Source: Chitinophagaceae bacterium (GTDB taxonomy: Bacteria; Bacteroidota; Bacteroidia; Chitinophagales; Chitinophagaceae). Taken from it: a stretch of DNA of 32,000 nucleotides. A program made the translations under genes and the position numbers. The stretch is taken from positions 3,236,296 through 3,268,295 of the forward strand of contig JBGAFV010000001.1 in NCBI GenBank assembly GCA_044227095.1, given 5' to 3'. The notes beneath the pieces are model-generated. The model was not told where the DNA came from. It searched no databases and saw only the letters and a program-made list of their open reading frames with translations. Shown piece after piece: positions 10,143 to 17,584 of the stretch (its first letter is position 1; every line of letters begins with the position of its first letter).

Positions 10143-10308
10143 AATTATGTAGTGGGTTGACCTTTAAAGAAGTTGCAAAGTTAATGTTTTGAATGGCAGA
10201 AAGCACCGTTATAAGCAAGCAGTGCATAGCTTGGGGAAATCTCTGATAACCAGCACTGGTGGCGGGTTTGCATATAGTCAAATCTGTTATTAAGACCCGC
10301 AACAATAA

Positions 10309-10423
10309 CCTCTGCCTTTAGTCTGGGGTTTTATAATGTAAGCGACTCACGGCTTTAGCCAAATTATTCGGCTAAAGCCAATTAAAAGAACCGCTACAAA
10401 CCCTGGCCTAAAGGCGCAGGGTT
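10309..10423. repeat. Nested inverted-repeat (MITE-like or structured RNA-like) element
   Basis: Outer arms CCTCTGCCTTTAGTCTGGGGTTTT (10309..10332) and AAACCCTGGCCTAAAGGCGCAGGGTT (10398..10423) are imperfect reverse complements. They enclose a perfect 10-bp hairpin GGCTTTAGCC-aaattattc-GGCTAAAGCC (10351..10379). Confidence 0.5.
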
Positions 10424-10580
10424 AACAAGAAACACAATTGGCAGGTTTTGAATATTGTATAAGCAGATCCTTAAAGCTATGCAAGTTGAACTGAGCGTAG
10501 CAAGGATGCTTCATCTGTGTTACTTCTGCTGGTTACACAAAAGATTTTGTAACTAAACAACAGTGAATAATGAGAATTGT

Positions 10581-11543
10581 TTACGATTGTTTTTGAATGA
10601 TTACAGGCGATGCTGTTTGAGTGGATGTTGTATTGATGTTTGTAGTTTCAAGTTGTTCTTCTTCACGCATTTGATCGCTTGTTTTCCTGCTGCCATCGTG
10701 GCTCCAGCCGGGCGGGCCGAACAGATAACCGAGTTTTTCTTTTATGCCGATGTCTTTGCGGCGCAGATCTTCTCCAATGCTGTTGAACTCGTGAAAAATT
10801 ATATTGACTGGCGATTGGTTATCCAGGTTTTTAGTGAGGCCGTATTTTACATGCTGATAATTTTCTTCTGGCAGTTCTGCCTGGAAGGTGCCAAATATTT
10901 TGTCCCAGATAATAAGGAACATACCCATGTTTTTATCGAGGTATTTTGGATTTGATGCATGGTGCACACGATGATGCGATGGTGTAACGAGAATATACTC
11001 CAGCCAGCCAAGTTTATTTATTTTTTCTGTATGTACAAGTATGCCCCAGATTTGCGTGGCAGCATAAACAAAAGCAATATCCAGGGGTTTAAAACCAAGC
11101 AATGCAATTGGAATAAAATAAATAAACCTGTACAAAGGTTCCATTACAGAAGAGCGAAAACCAACAGTAAAATTAAATTGCGCCGAAGAGTGATGCGTTA
11201 CATGCGTAGCCCAGAACAATCTTATGTGATGATCTGCACGGTGCAGCCAGTAGTACATAAAATCTTCTGCTATAAACAAAATCACCCAATAGCGCCACCC
11301 GCTTTCCATTTCTCCGAAACGATGATTATAGAAAAAGGTAAGTATAATGCCAATGTAAATACCCCTGAATAAAACATCTATAGCAGCATTAATAAGCATG
11401 AGGTAAACATTCTGAACGGTATCTTTCAGTGTATAAGTTGCCTGTCGCTGTATATTGCTCAGCAAAATTTCTACTCCTATCACCACAATGTACAATGGTG
11501 TGCTAATGAGGATTAACCAGGTTTCTTTTAATGTTGTATCCAT
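10581..11543 (-). CDS. Sterol desaturase family protein (fatty acid hydroxylase superfamily, di-iron membrane enzyme)
   Basis: Histidine boxes HRADHH, HVTHH and HHRVHH in a polytopic membrane protein. Start set at ATG 11543 (MDTTLKE...). The ORF-track GTG extension runs into the repeat array. Confidence 0.85.
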   Translation of the reverse strand: MDTTLKETWLILISTPLYIVVIGVEILLSNIQRQATYTLKDTVQNVYLMLINAAIDVLFRGIYIGIILTFFYNHRFGEMESGWRYWVILFIAEDFMYYWLHRADHHIRLFWATHVTHHSSAQFNFTVGFRSSVMEPLYRFIYFIPIALLGFKPLDIAFVYAATQIWGILVHTEKINKLGWLEYILVTPSHHRVHHASNPKYLDKNMGMFLIIWDKIFGTFQAELPEENYQHVKYGLTKNLDNQSPVNIIFHEFNSIGEDLRRKDIGIKEKLGYLFGPPGWSHDGSRKTSDQMREEEQLETTNINTTSTQTASPVIIQKQS

Positions 11544-11582
11544 TGCGCTGCAAAAGTACTGAATCTGTTGGATCGGGTATAA

Positions 11583-12398
11583 TAGCACTGGGCTATACCC
11601 AGTGCTAAATATACAACGCTCTTTCAGAGCTTGTTTAATCTATCCTCGCATTGTAGCACTGGGCTATACCCAGTGCTTTGTATGCACCGCTCTTACAGAG
11701 CTGTATGGTATTTAAAAAATCAGACCCCTGAAATGGCGATGTATGCAAGCGAATGGCGCAGCCCTTCGCAAAAACAAATCTTTGGAAAACATTTCACATA
11801 ATAGCACTGGGCTATACCCAGTGCTTTGTATGCACCGCTCTTACAGAGCTATGTGGTATTTAAAAATGAAATCCCTGAAATGGCGATGTATGCAAGCGAG
11901 GGGCGGAGTCCATCGCAAAAACAAATCTTTGCAAAACATTTCACATAATAGCACTGGGCTATACCCAGTGCTTTGTATGCACCGCTCTTTCAGAGCTATG
12001 TGGTATTTAAAAAATCAAAGCCCTGAAAGGGCGATGTATGCAAGCGAATGGCGCAGCCCTTCGCAAAAACAAACCTTTGCAAAACATTTCACATAATAGC
12101 ACTGGGCTACACCTAGCGCTAAATATACACAGCTCTTTCAGAGCTATGTGGTATTTAAAAAATGAAATCCCTGAAATGGCGATGTATGCAAGCGAGGGGC
12201 GGAGTCCATCGCAAAAACAAATCTTTGCAAAACATTTCACATAATAGCACTGGGCTATACCCAGTGCTTTGTATACACCGCTCTTTCAGAGCTATGTGGT
12301 ATTTAAAAAATCAAAGCCCTGAAAGGGCGATGTATGCAAGCGAATGGCGCAACCCTTCGCAAAAACAAACCTCACACACAAAACAGTCTCACACATAA
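11583..12398 (+). repeat. Head-to-tail tandem array of a ~148-nt multi-hairpin repeat (one 71-nt partial unit plus five full units)
   Basis: Unit starts (TAGCACTGGG) are at 11583, 11654, 11802, 11949, 12097 and 12245, giving periods of 71, 148, 147, 148 and 148. Each full unit carries AGCACTGGG-ctata-CCCAGTGCT, GCTCT-ttc-AGAGC, a CCCTGAAAGGG-type motif and a 21-nt tail hairpin GCGAATGGCGCAGCCCTTCGC. Confidence 0.92.
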
Positions 12399-12482
12399 CA
12401 AAATAATTTATTTATCTCATCGCGATTATACTCTCAATCAAAGGAATATTTTTATGATGAAGTATAAATTAAACCTTGTCAA

Positions 12483-12935
12483 ATGGGACAATCGCTGGTA
12501 AAAAATTATGTGCACATAATTTTTAGCACAAAACACAGGGAGAGGTTTATTAAAGAAGAAATTGAAGATAAGCTATATGACTATATTGGCAGTGTTTGCG
12601 TTGCATTAGGTTGCCAACCGTTGAAAATTGGAGGGTATGATGATCATGTACATATCTTGTGTATGCTTTCAAAAACAATTACACTTTCCAGTTTATTGGA
12701 AAAAATAAAATCACACTCTTCTAAATGGTTTAAAACAATTGATAAAAGCCTGGAAAGATTCTATTGGCAGAATGGTTATGGTGCATTCTCTGTTAACCCC
12801 TCTCAGGTAAATACTGTTATCAAATATATTTCAAATCAAAGGGCATACCACAATCATATTTCTTTCCAGGATGAGTTCAGGACCTTTCTGAAAAAATACG
12901 AAGTAGAATATAATGAAATTTATGTGTGGGATTAA
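12483..12935 (+). CDS. IS200/IS605-family Y1 (HUH) transposase-like protein, RAYT-like
   Basis: 150 aa. HUH motif H55-V56-H57 (DDHVHIL, nt 12645..12653). WQNGYGAFSV is present, and the catalytic-Tyr helix is VIKYISNQRAYH (Y115). Size and motif order match Y1_Tnp (PF01797/COG1943). Confidence 0.85.
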   Translation: MGQSLVKNYVHIIFSTKHRERFIKEEIEDKLYDYIGSVCVALGCQPLKIGGYDDHVHILCMLSKTITLSSLLEKIKSHSSKWFKTIDKSLERFYWQNGYGAFSVNPSQVNTVIKYISNQRAYHNHISFQDEFRTFLKKYEVEYNEIYVWD

Positions 12936-12977
12936 TGACTCGTTGGTATATAAAACCATATGAAATGAATAATTTTG

Positions 12978-13030
12978 CCCAGCACTGCAAGGGCGGCTTA
13001 TATAAGCGAAGGGTGAAGCCCTTTGCAAAC
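12978..13030 (+). repeat. Partial, diverged copy of the 148-nt repeat (tail portion) downstream of the Y1 gene
   Basis: CCCAGCACTGCAAGGGCGGCTTATATAAGCGAAGGGTGAAGCCCTTTGCAAAC parallels the unit tail CTGAAAGGGCGATGTATGCAAGCGAATGGCGCAGCCCTTCGCAAAAAC. The tail hairpin is fully paired here. Confidence 0.6.
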
Positions 13031-13034
13031 TACA

Positions 13035-13532
13035 ATGATTAAAAACATGCAAAAAGAATTACCAGCCAATTGGCAAAAAAGATCGGAAGAACACCAAAAA
13101 AAATACAAACAGTTTTTGCAAAGGCCCGACAGGAAAAAAGTATTAAAACTTTTGCCGGATTTGAATGAAGAAGCATTTGAAAAAACAGATTGCCTGCAAT
13201 GCGGTGCCTGTTGCAAAAATTATTCGCCGAGGTTTAAAACACCAGATATAAAAAGAATAGCGAAGCAATTAAAAATGAAAGAGGGTGCGTTTATAGAAAC
13301 CTATTTACGACTTGATAAGGAGGGTGATTATGTTACACGATCATCTCCCTGTCCTTTTTTGGGTGCAGATAATTATTGCAGCATTTATGAAGACCGGCCA
13401 TCAGATTGTCATCGTTTTCCATATACGGATGAAGATGTTCTCATTGATCGGCCTTCAATTACGCTAAAGAATGTAAGTTTTTGTCCGATTACTTTTTATG
13501 TAATGGAGAAACTGCTGGTGATGGCGAAATAA
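13035..13532 (+). CDS. YkgJ-family cysteine cluster protein (UPF0153, putative Fe-S/Zn binding)
   Basis: CLQCGACCKN (CxxCxxCC), then CPFL...NYCSIYEDRPSDCHRFP. The first ATG (13035) is preferred over the TTG at 13023, which lies inside the repeat fragment. Confidence 0.75.
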   Translation: MIKNMQKELPANWQKRSEEHQKKYKQFLQRPDRKKVLKLLPDLNEEAFEKTDCLQCGACCKNYSPRFKTPDIKRIAKQLKMKEGAFIETYLRLDKEGDYVTRSSPCPFLGADNYCSIYEDRPSDCHRFPYTDEDVLIDRPSITLKNVSFCPITFYVMEKLLVMAK

Positions 13533-13536
13533 AAAA

Positions 13537-14439
13537 TTAACCTGTTGTTGTTAACTCTTCATATGCAGCGGTAAGTGGTCTTTGTATACCATCGCCTTTC
13601 CATTCTGGTGAGCCAGGAATTTCAGTAGCTTTTAAAATATCTTCTTTTGATTTTCCCGCTTTTATCTGACTGCTGGTATAATCAAGCAAATTAGAGAGAT
13701 AAGTTTGAAATGCTTTTACATCATCTCTTGTGCCCGTAACGTTATACCCATCTGCTGCATGACCAAAAACATAAGTTGTTTTCTTGCCAAATTTTTTCAT
13801 GCCCTGCTCAAGTACATTTATCCAGCTTTTGATATTGGCACCGGCAGAACGATCGATAAACGGGTGACGGCGATTAAAAACTAGATCGCCCATATGCACG
13901 ATGTCTTGTTTTTCAAAATGAACAAGGCTGTCGCCATTTGTATGCCCTGCGCCATAATAATACAATCCATATTTTACGCCTGCTTCTTTTACGTTCCATA
14001 CAGAGCCAAAGGTTTCGTTAGGATATAATTGTTTGTCTTCTGTTTTTTGTGCAATGGCAACTGTCTTCTGGTTTTTTAAAGAGTTTTCATGCGCCAGCAC
14101 ATTTTCTACAATGCCTTTATATGCAATATTGCCCGAAGTGTGATCTCCGTGATGGTGTGTATTGATCAATAGCTTAAACGGTTTGTCGCTTTTCTTTTTT
14201 AGTTCATCAATAAGATGCTGCGATTGTTCGGGAAACTGAGAATCTACAGTAATGATTCCTTCTTTACCAAGCGCAAAAAGAATGGTTCCACCTTTTTCTG
14301 TAAATATGCCAGCATCATCTGTAAGCATGGTTATTTTAAAACCAGGTTGCTGCCATAGTGCAGCCAGCATTTCTTTTTGTGCAAGTAATACACCTGCTGC
14401 AGTAAATGCAGTATTACGAAGAAAAATACGGCGTTGCAT
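13537..14439 (-). CDS. MBL-fold metallo-hydrolase with Tat-type signal
   Basis: HHHGDH zinc-binding motif plus downstream conserved His/Asp residues (GAGHTNGD, HMGD, FGH). The N-terminus MQRRIFLRNTAFTAAGVLLA fits a twin-arginine signal. Confidence 0.85.
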   Translation of the reverse strand: MQRRIFLRNTAFTAAGVLLAQKEMLAALWQQPGFKITMLTDDAGIFTEKGGTILFALGKEGIITVDSQFPEQSQHLIDELKKKSDKPFKLLINTHHHGDHTSGNIAYKGIVENVLAHENSLKNQKTVAIAQKTEDKQLYPNETFGSVWNVKEAGVKYGLYYYGAGHTNGDSLVHFEKQDIVHMGDLVFNRRHPFIDRSAGANIKSWINVLEQGMKKFGKKTTYVFGHAADGYNVTGTRDDVKAFQTYLSNLLDYTSSQIKAGKSKEDILKATEIPGSPEWKGDGIQRPLTAAYEELTTTG

Positions 14440-14463
14440 ATTGATTGTTTTATGATTTATAAA

Positions 14464-15711
14464 TTAGTATTCCAGTTTTCTTATAGCCGGAGCTTTAAAA
14501 GTAGTAATGATTACTACCAGCAAAGTCATGCAGCCTCCAAAAACAACAGACGGTACATTGCCCATCATTTTTGCAGTAACGCCGCTTTCAAATTGCCCCA
14601 GTTCATTACTGGAGTTGATGAACATAGAGTTTACACTCATTACCCGCCCACGCATATTGTCTGGTGTTTTTAATTGCATAATGGTGCCTCTTACCACAAC
14701 GCTTACGCCATCAAGCATTCCACTAATCATTAATGCTGTAAAAGAAAGCCAGAACACTTTTGATAAAGCGAAAGTGATAATGCAAATGCCAAACCCAGCT
14801 ACAGCAAATAGTAATTTTTTACCCTGCTGTTTCTGCATCGGGAACAGGGTTAATAAAATAACAATACAAATAGAGCCAATATCAGATGCGGCATTTAAAA
14901 AACCATAACCGCGTGGTCCTATTTTTAAAATATCCCTTGCAAAAACAGGCACTAAAGCTACAGCACCACCAAACAATACAGCAAAAAGATCAAGCGATAA
15001 AGCCCCCAATACTTCTTTAGTATTGAGTACAAAACGCAAACCGTCTTTTACACTGTCCCAAGTTTTTTTCTCACCTCTTTCATTTAACGGAGGTTTTGGT
15101 TTTAACTGAAACATGTTAATAAGCGCAATAAATATAAGCGATGCAATGCAGGTAAGCGTTCCGGTAGTACCAAGTCCGGCAATTAAAAAACCACCTGCAG
15201 CATGTCCGCAAACAGAAGCAGTTAACCATGTGCCCTGGTTCCAGGTGGTAGCATTTTGTAAATGTTTTTTAGGTACTATAGCAGCAAGAATAACATTAAA
15301 TGTAGGGCCAACAAAAGAGCGGATAATGCCTGTGCCGAAGATAGTAGCGTAAATACAAATGGCAATCCAGTGATTGGTTAAATGCTGTGCAGTAAACTTA
15401 GTAGAAATCGTAAGCAATATTAACGCAGCAAGTAAATACAATGCTACGCCGCGTAAGATCAGTTTTCTTTTTTCACTTAGATCTATAGTATGGCCTGCAT
15501 ACAGTGCCATAGAAAAAGCAGGTAAAAATTCTGCAAGGCCTATAAGTCCGATAGCAAGTGGTGCATTAGTAAGATTGTACATCCACCAGCCTACTAGGGT
15601 GCTCATCATGCGTAAGCCCATAATAAAAAGAAACCTGCCTGTAAGAAGTACCCTGAATTCTTTTTGTTTTACTGAAGCAAATGGATCGGCTGACTGCGTA
15701 AGACTAATCAT
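14464..15711 (-). CDS. MFS transporter (EntS/MFS_3-like)
   Basis: 415 aa with about 12 predicted TM helices. It has an N-terminal FRVLLTGRFLF-type motif and a central cytoplasmic loop. Confidence 0.85.
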   Translation of the reverse strand: MISLTQSADPFASVKQKEFRVLLTGRFLFIMGLRMMSTLVGWWMYNLTNAPLAIGLIGLAEFLPAFSMALYAGHTIDLSEKRKLILRGVALYLLAALILLTISTKFTAQHLTNHWIAICIYATIFGTGIIRSFVGPTFNVILAAIVPKKHLQNATTWNQGTWLTASVCGHAAGGFLIAGLGTTGTLTCIASLIFIALINMFQLKPKPPLNERGEKKTWDSVKDGLRFVLNTKEVLGALSLDLFAVLFGGAVALVPVFARDILKIGPRGYGFLNAASDIGSICIVILLTLFPMQKQQGKKLLFAVAGFGICIITFALSKVFWLSFTALMISGMLDGVSVVVRGTIMQLKTPDNMRGRVMSVNSMFINSSNELGQFESGVTAKMMGNVPSVVFGGCMTLLVVIITTFKAPAIRKLEY

Positions 15712-15823
15712 TTATTGGGTTGCCATTATATAAATAAAGATAGGAATTTTTGCAGGAGGAAATATTATTAAGAGATTAAAGGAAGTTTAATAAATCTGCG
15801 CATCTGCGGCTATAAGTTTCACG

Positions 15824-16346
15824 CAAAGAAAAGCTACAAGCTGCAAGCTATTAGCTGCAAGCCTTTAAACAAAACAGAACGCTGATTTTGATGATTCATA
15901 AGATAGCTATGATTTTATACTCTACTCTTCATCAAACCTCAAAAAAATCATCACAATCTGCGTTCAATTCTTCTTCATCGAAGATGCTCCCCGTGTATCG
16001 CCTCAAAAGCTATTGTCTCTGTGGTAAAGAAAGCTACAAGTTGTTAGCTATTAGCTACAAGCTTAGTAGTTTCGAAGAAACACTCCGTGTATTGCCTTAA
16101 TAGTTATCGTCGATAAGTGTTCTGTGTTTCTCTGAGTTATCTGTGTCTCTGTGGTAAAGAAAGCTACAAGTTGTTAACGATTAGCTGCAAGCCTTTAAAC
16201 AAAACAGAACGCTGACTTTTATGATTCATAAGATAGCTATGATTTTATACTCTACTCTTCATCAAACCTCATAAAAATCATCACAATCTGCGTTCAATTC
16301 TTCTGCATCGAAGATGCTTCCCGTGTCTCTGTGGTAAAGAAAGCTA
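15824..16346. repeat. Composite intergenic direct repeat (330-bp period, two ~180-bp copies plus three copies of a CTCTGTGGTAAAGAAAGCTAC module)
   Basis: TTAGCTGCAAGCCTTTAAACAAAACAGAACGCTGA... starts at 15851 and again at 16181, an exact 330-nt offset, and stays near-identical for about 150 nt. GTGGTAAAGAAAGCTAC(AAG) occurs at about 16021, 16151 and 16331, and the last copy abuts the dNK stop codon. Confidence 0.85.
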
Positions 16347-16976
16347 CGGCAATGAAAAATAATGCTGCCCATTCTCCAAATCCATATCAAGTGCATCTGT
16401 TATAACTTTCAAATGCTTTTCATTTCCCAGGAAATCTGCATTGGAGGCGTCTACAAAAATAGTTTTTATGTTGTGTTGCTTTATATAGTTGGTATACGTT
16501 TCCTGCAGGTTAAAAAGATATTCATCCGGAATAGATTGTTCGTAACTGCGGTTGCGTTTTTTTATATTCTGCTGCAATTTGTTTACAGGTGTGTGCAGGT
16601 AAATAAGCACATCGGGCTGAACCAATTGCTGATGAATAATATCAAACAAACGCTGGTATAAATGAAACTCCTGTTCTGGCAGGTTTACTTTTGCAAACAA
16701 CAGGCACTTGGTAAAAAGATAATCAGATACTGTTACACTCTGAAAAAGATCTTTTGTATGAATAAGTTCTTTTAACTGCTTATACCGTTCTGCCATAAAA
16801 AAAAGCTCCAGCGGAAAAGCAAATTGTTTTGGATTGCTGTAAAACTTTGGCAAAAACGGATTGTCTGTAAATTCTTCCAGCACCAGCCGTGCATTATAGT
16901 GCCTTGACAGTATATGCGCAAGAGTAGTTTTTCCGGCCCCTATATTTCCTTCAATAGTAATGAAGTGATGGTTCAT
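16344..16976 (-). CDS. Deoxynucleoside kinase
   Basis: 210 aa. P-loop is IEGNIGAGKTTLA, with ERS/DR-type downstream motifs. Size and layout match the dNK/dAK-dGK family. Confidence 0.85.
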   Translation of the reverse strand: MNHHFITIEGNIGAGKTTLAHILSRHYNARLVLEEFTDNPFLPKFYSNPKQFAFPLELFFMAERYKQLKELIHTKDLFQSVTVSDYLFTKCLLFAKVNLPEQEFHLYQRLFDIIHQQLVQPDVLIYLHTPVNKLQQNIKKRNRSYEQSIPDEYLFNLQETYTNYIKQHNIKTIFVDASNADFLGNEKHLKVITDALDMDLENGQHYFSLP

Positions 16977-17028
16977 ACTTGGTGTGCTAAAAACGCTGGT
17001 TTCTTTGCAATAGTAAGGCCTTAATTAA

Positions 17029-17517
17029 TTAAACTGCAGAAAACTTTTTCACAGGCAAAGGATCTGTGCAGGCTTTCAATAATTGTGCAATGGTTTTCTT
17101 AAGAACAGGATGCTGATAAGCGGGCGCAATTTCATTCAATGGTTCAAGCACAAACCTCCGGTTGGCCATTTGGGCATGTGGTATGGTAACCAGTTTTGTG
17201 TGTATAATTTCTTTATTAAACAACAGGATATCAATATCTATGGTTCTGGCTCCATATTTTTCGGCCCGCTTTCGGCCCAGTTCTTCTTCTATGGCAAGCA
17301 ATGCTTTCATCAATTCATCGGCAGAAAGCTGCGTGGATAGTTGCAATGCCTGGTTTAAAAATGCAGCCTGGTCTGTTTTTCCCCATGCCGCTGTTTCATA
17401 TAACGCAGAGCGTTGATTGATTTTTCCACATGCAGCTTCAACAAGGCGGGCAGAATCCTGCAAATATTGCTGCCGATTGCCTACATTGCCGCCTGTCAGT
17501 AAATAAACTGTATTCAT
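17029..17517 (-). CDS. folK: 2-amino-4-hydroxy-6-hydroxymethyldihydropteridine diphosphokinase (HPPK)
   Basis: MNTVYLLTGGNVGNR..., SALYETAAWG, RTIDIDILLF and IPHAQMANRRFVLEPL are canonical HPPK motifs. The ATG at 17517 is preferred over the TTG extension. Confidence 0.9.
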   Translation of the reverse strand: MNTVYLLTGGNVGNRQQYLQDSARLVEAACGKINQRSALYETAAWGKTDQAAFLNQALQLSTQLSADELMKALLAIEEELGRKRAEKYGARTIDIDILLFNKEIIHTKLVTIPHAQMANRRFVLEPLNEIAPAYQHPVLKKTIAQLLKACTDPLPVKKFSAV

Positions 17518-17584
17518 ACTTTGTAACAAAATGCCGTTTTCAAATATCTTTATTTTTAACGGCTTACTAAAATAGTATTATACC

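Larger units (their letters stand above)
11583..13030 (+). mobile_element. Candidate RAYT/REP-like or IS200-derived locus: repeat array, Y1 transposase-like gene and a partial downstream repeat
   Basis: The Y1 HUH gene is flanked on both sides by same-strand copies of the repeat family. No tnpB or second transposition gene is adjacent. Confidence 0.45.

Noticed and set aside
10143-10580. Glycine riboswitch (or another known RNA) in front of gcvP
   Set aside because: On the minus strand I found no GGAGAG / ACCGAAGGGGCAA / CTCAGGCAAAAGGAC-type conserved cores. I also found no RNase P, tmRNA or tRNA signatures. The region is kept only as an unclassified structured element.
10563-11372. + strand ORFs 10563..10955 and 10959..11372
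   Set aside because: They are antisense to the desaturase-family gene, which has three clear histidine boxes.
11743-12398. ORF-track ORFs inside the repeat array: 11743..12096 +, 12038..12244 +, 12162..12398 + and 12007..12240 -. They encode repetitive peptides such as NISHNSTGLYPVLCMHRS.
   Set aside because: They exist only because the 147/148-nt units lack stops in some frames. They overlap each other in different frames, their starts fall at equivalent positions in successive units, and their composition is not protein-like.
11583-12398. Possible CRISPR array
   Set aside because: There are no unique spacers. The whole 148-nt period is repeated, the unit is far longer than a CRISPR repeat, and no cas genes are nearby.
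15888-16100. 70-aa + strand ORF in the MFS/dNK intergenic region
   Set aside because: It lies within the 330-bp-period repeat modules. It has no family resemblance and no plausible ribosome-binding or promoter context.
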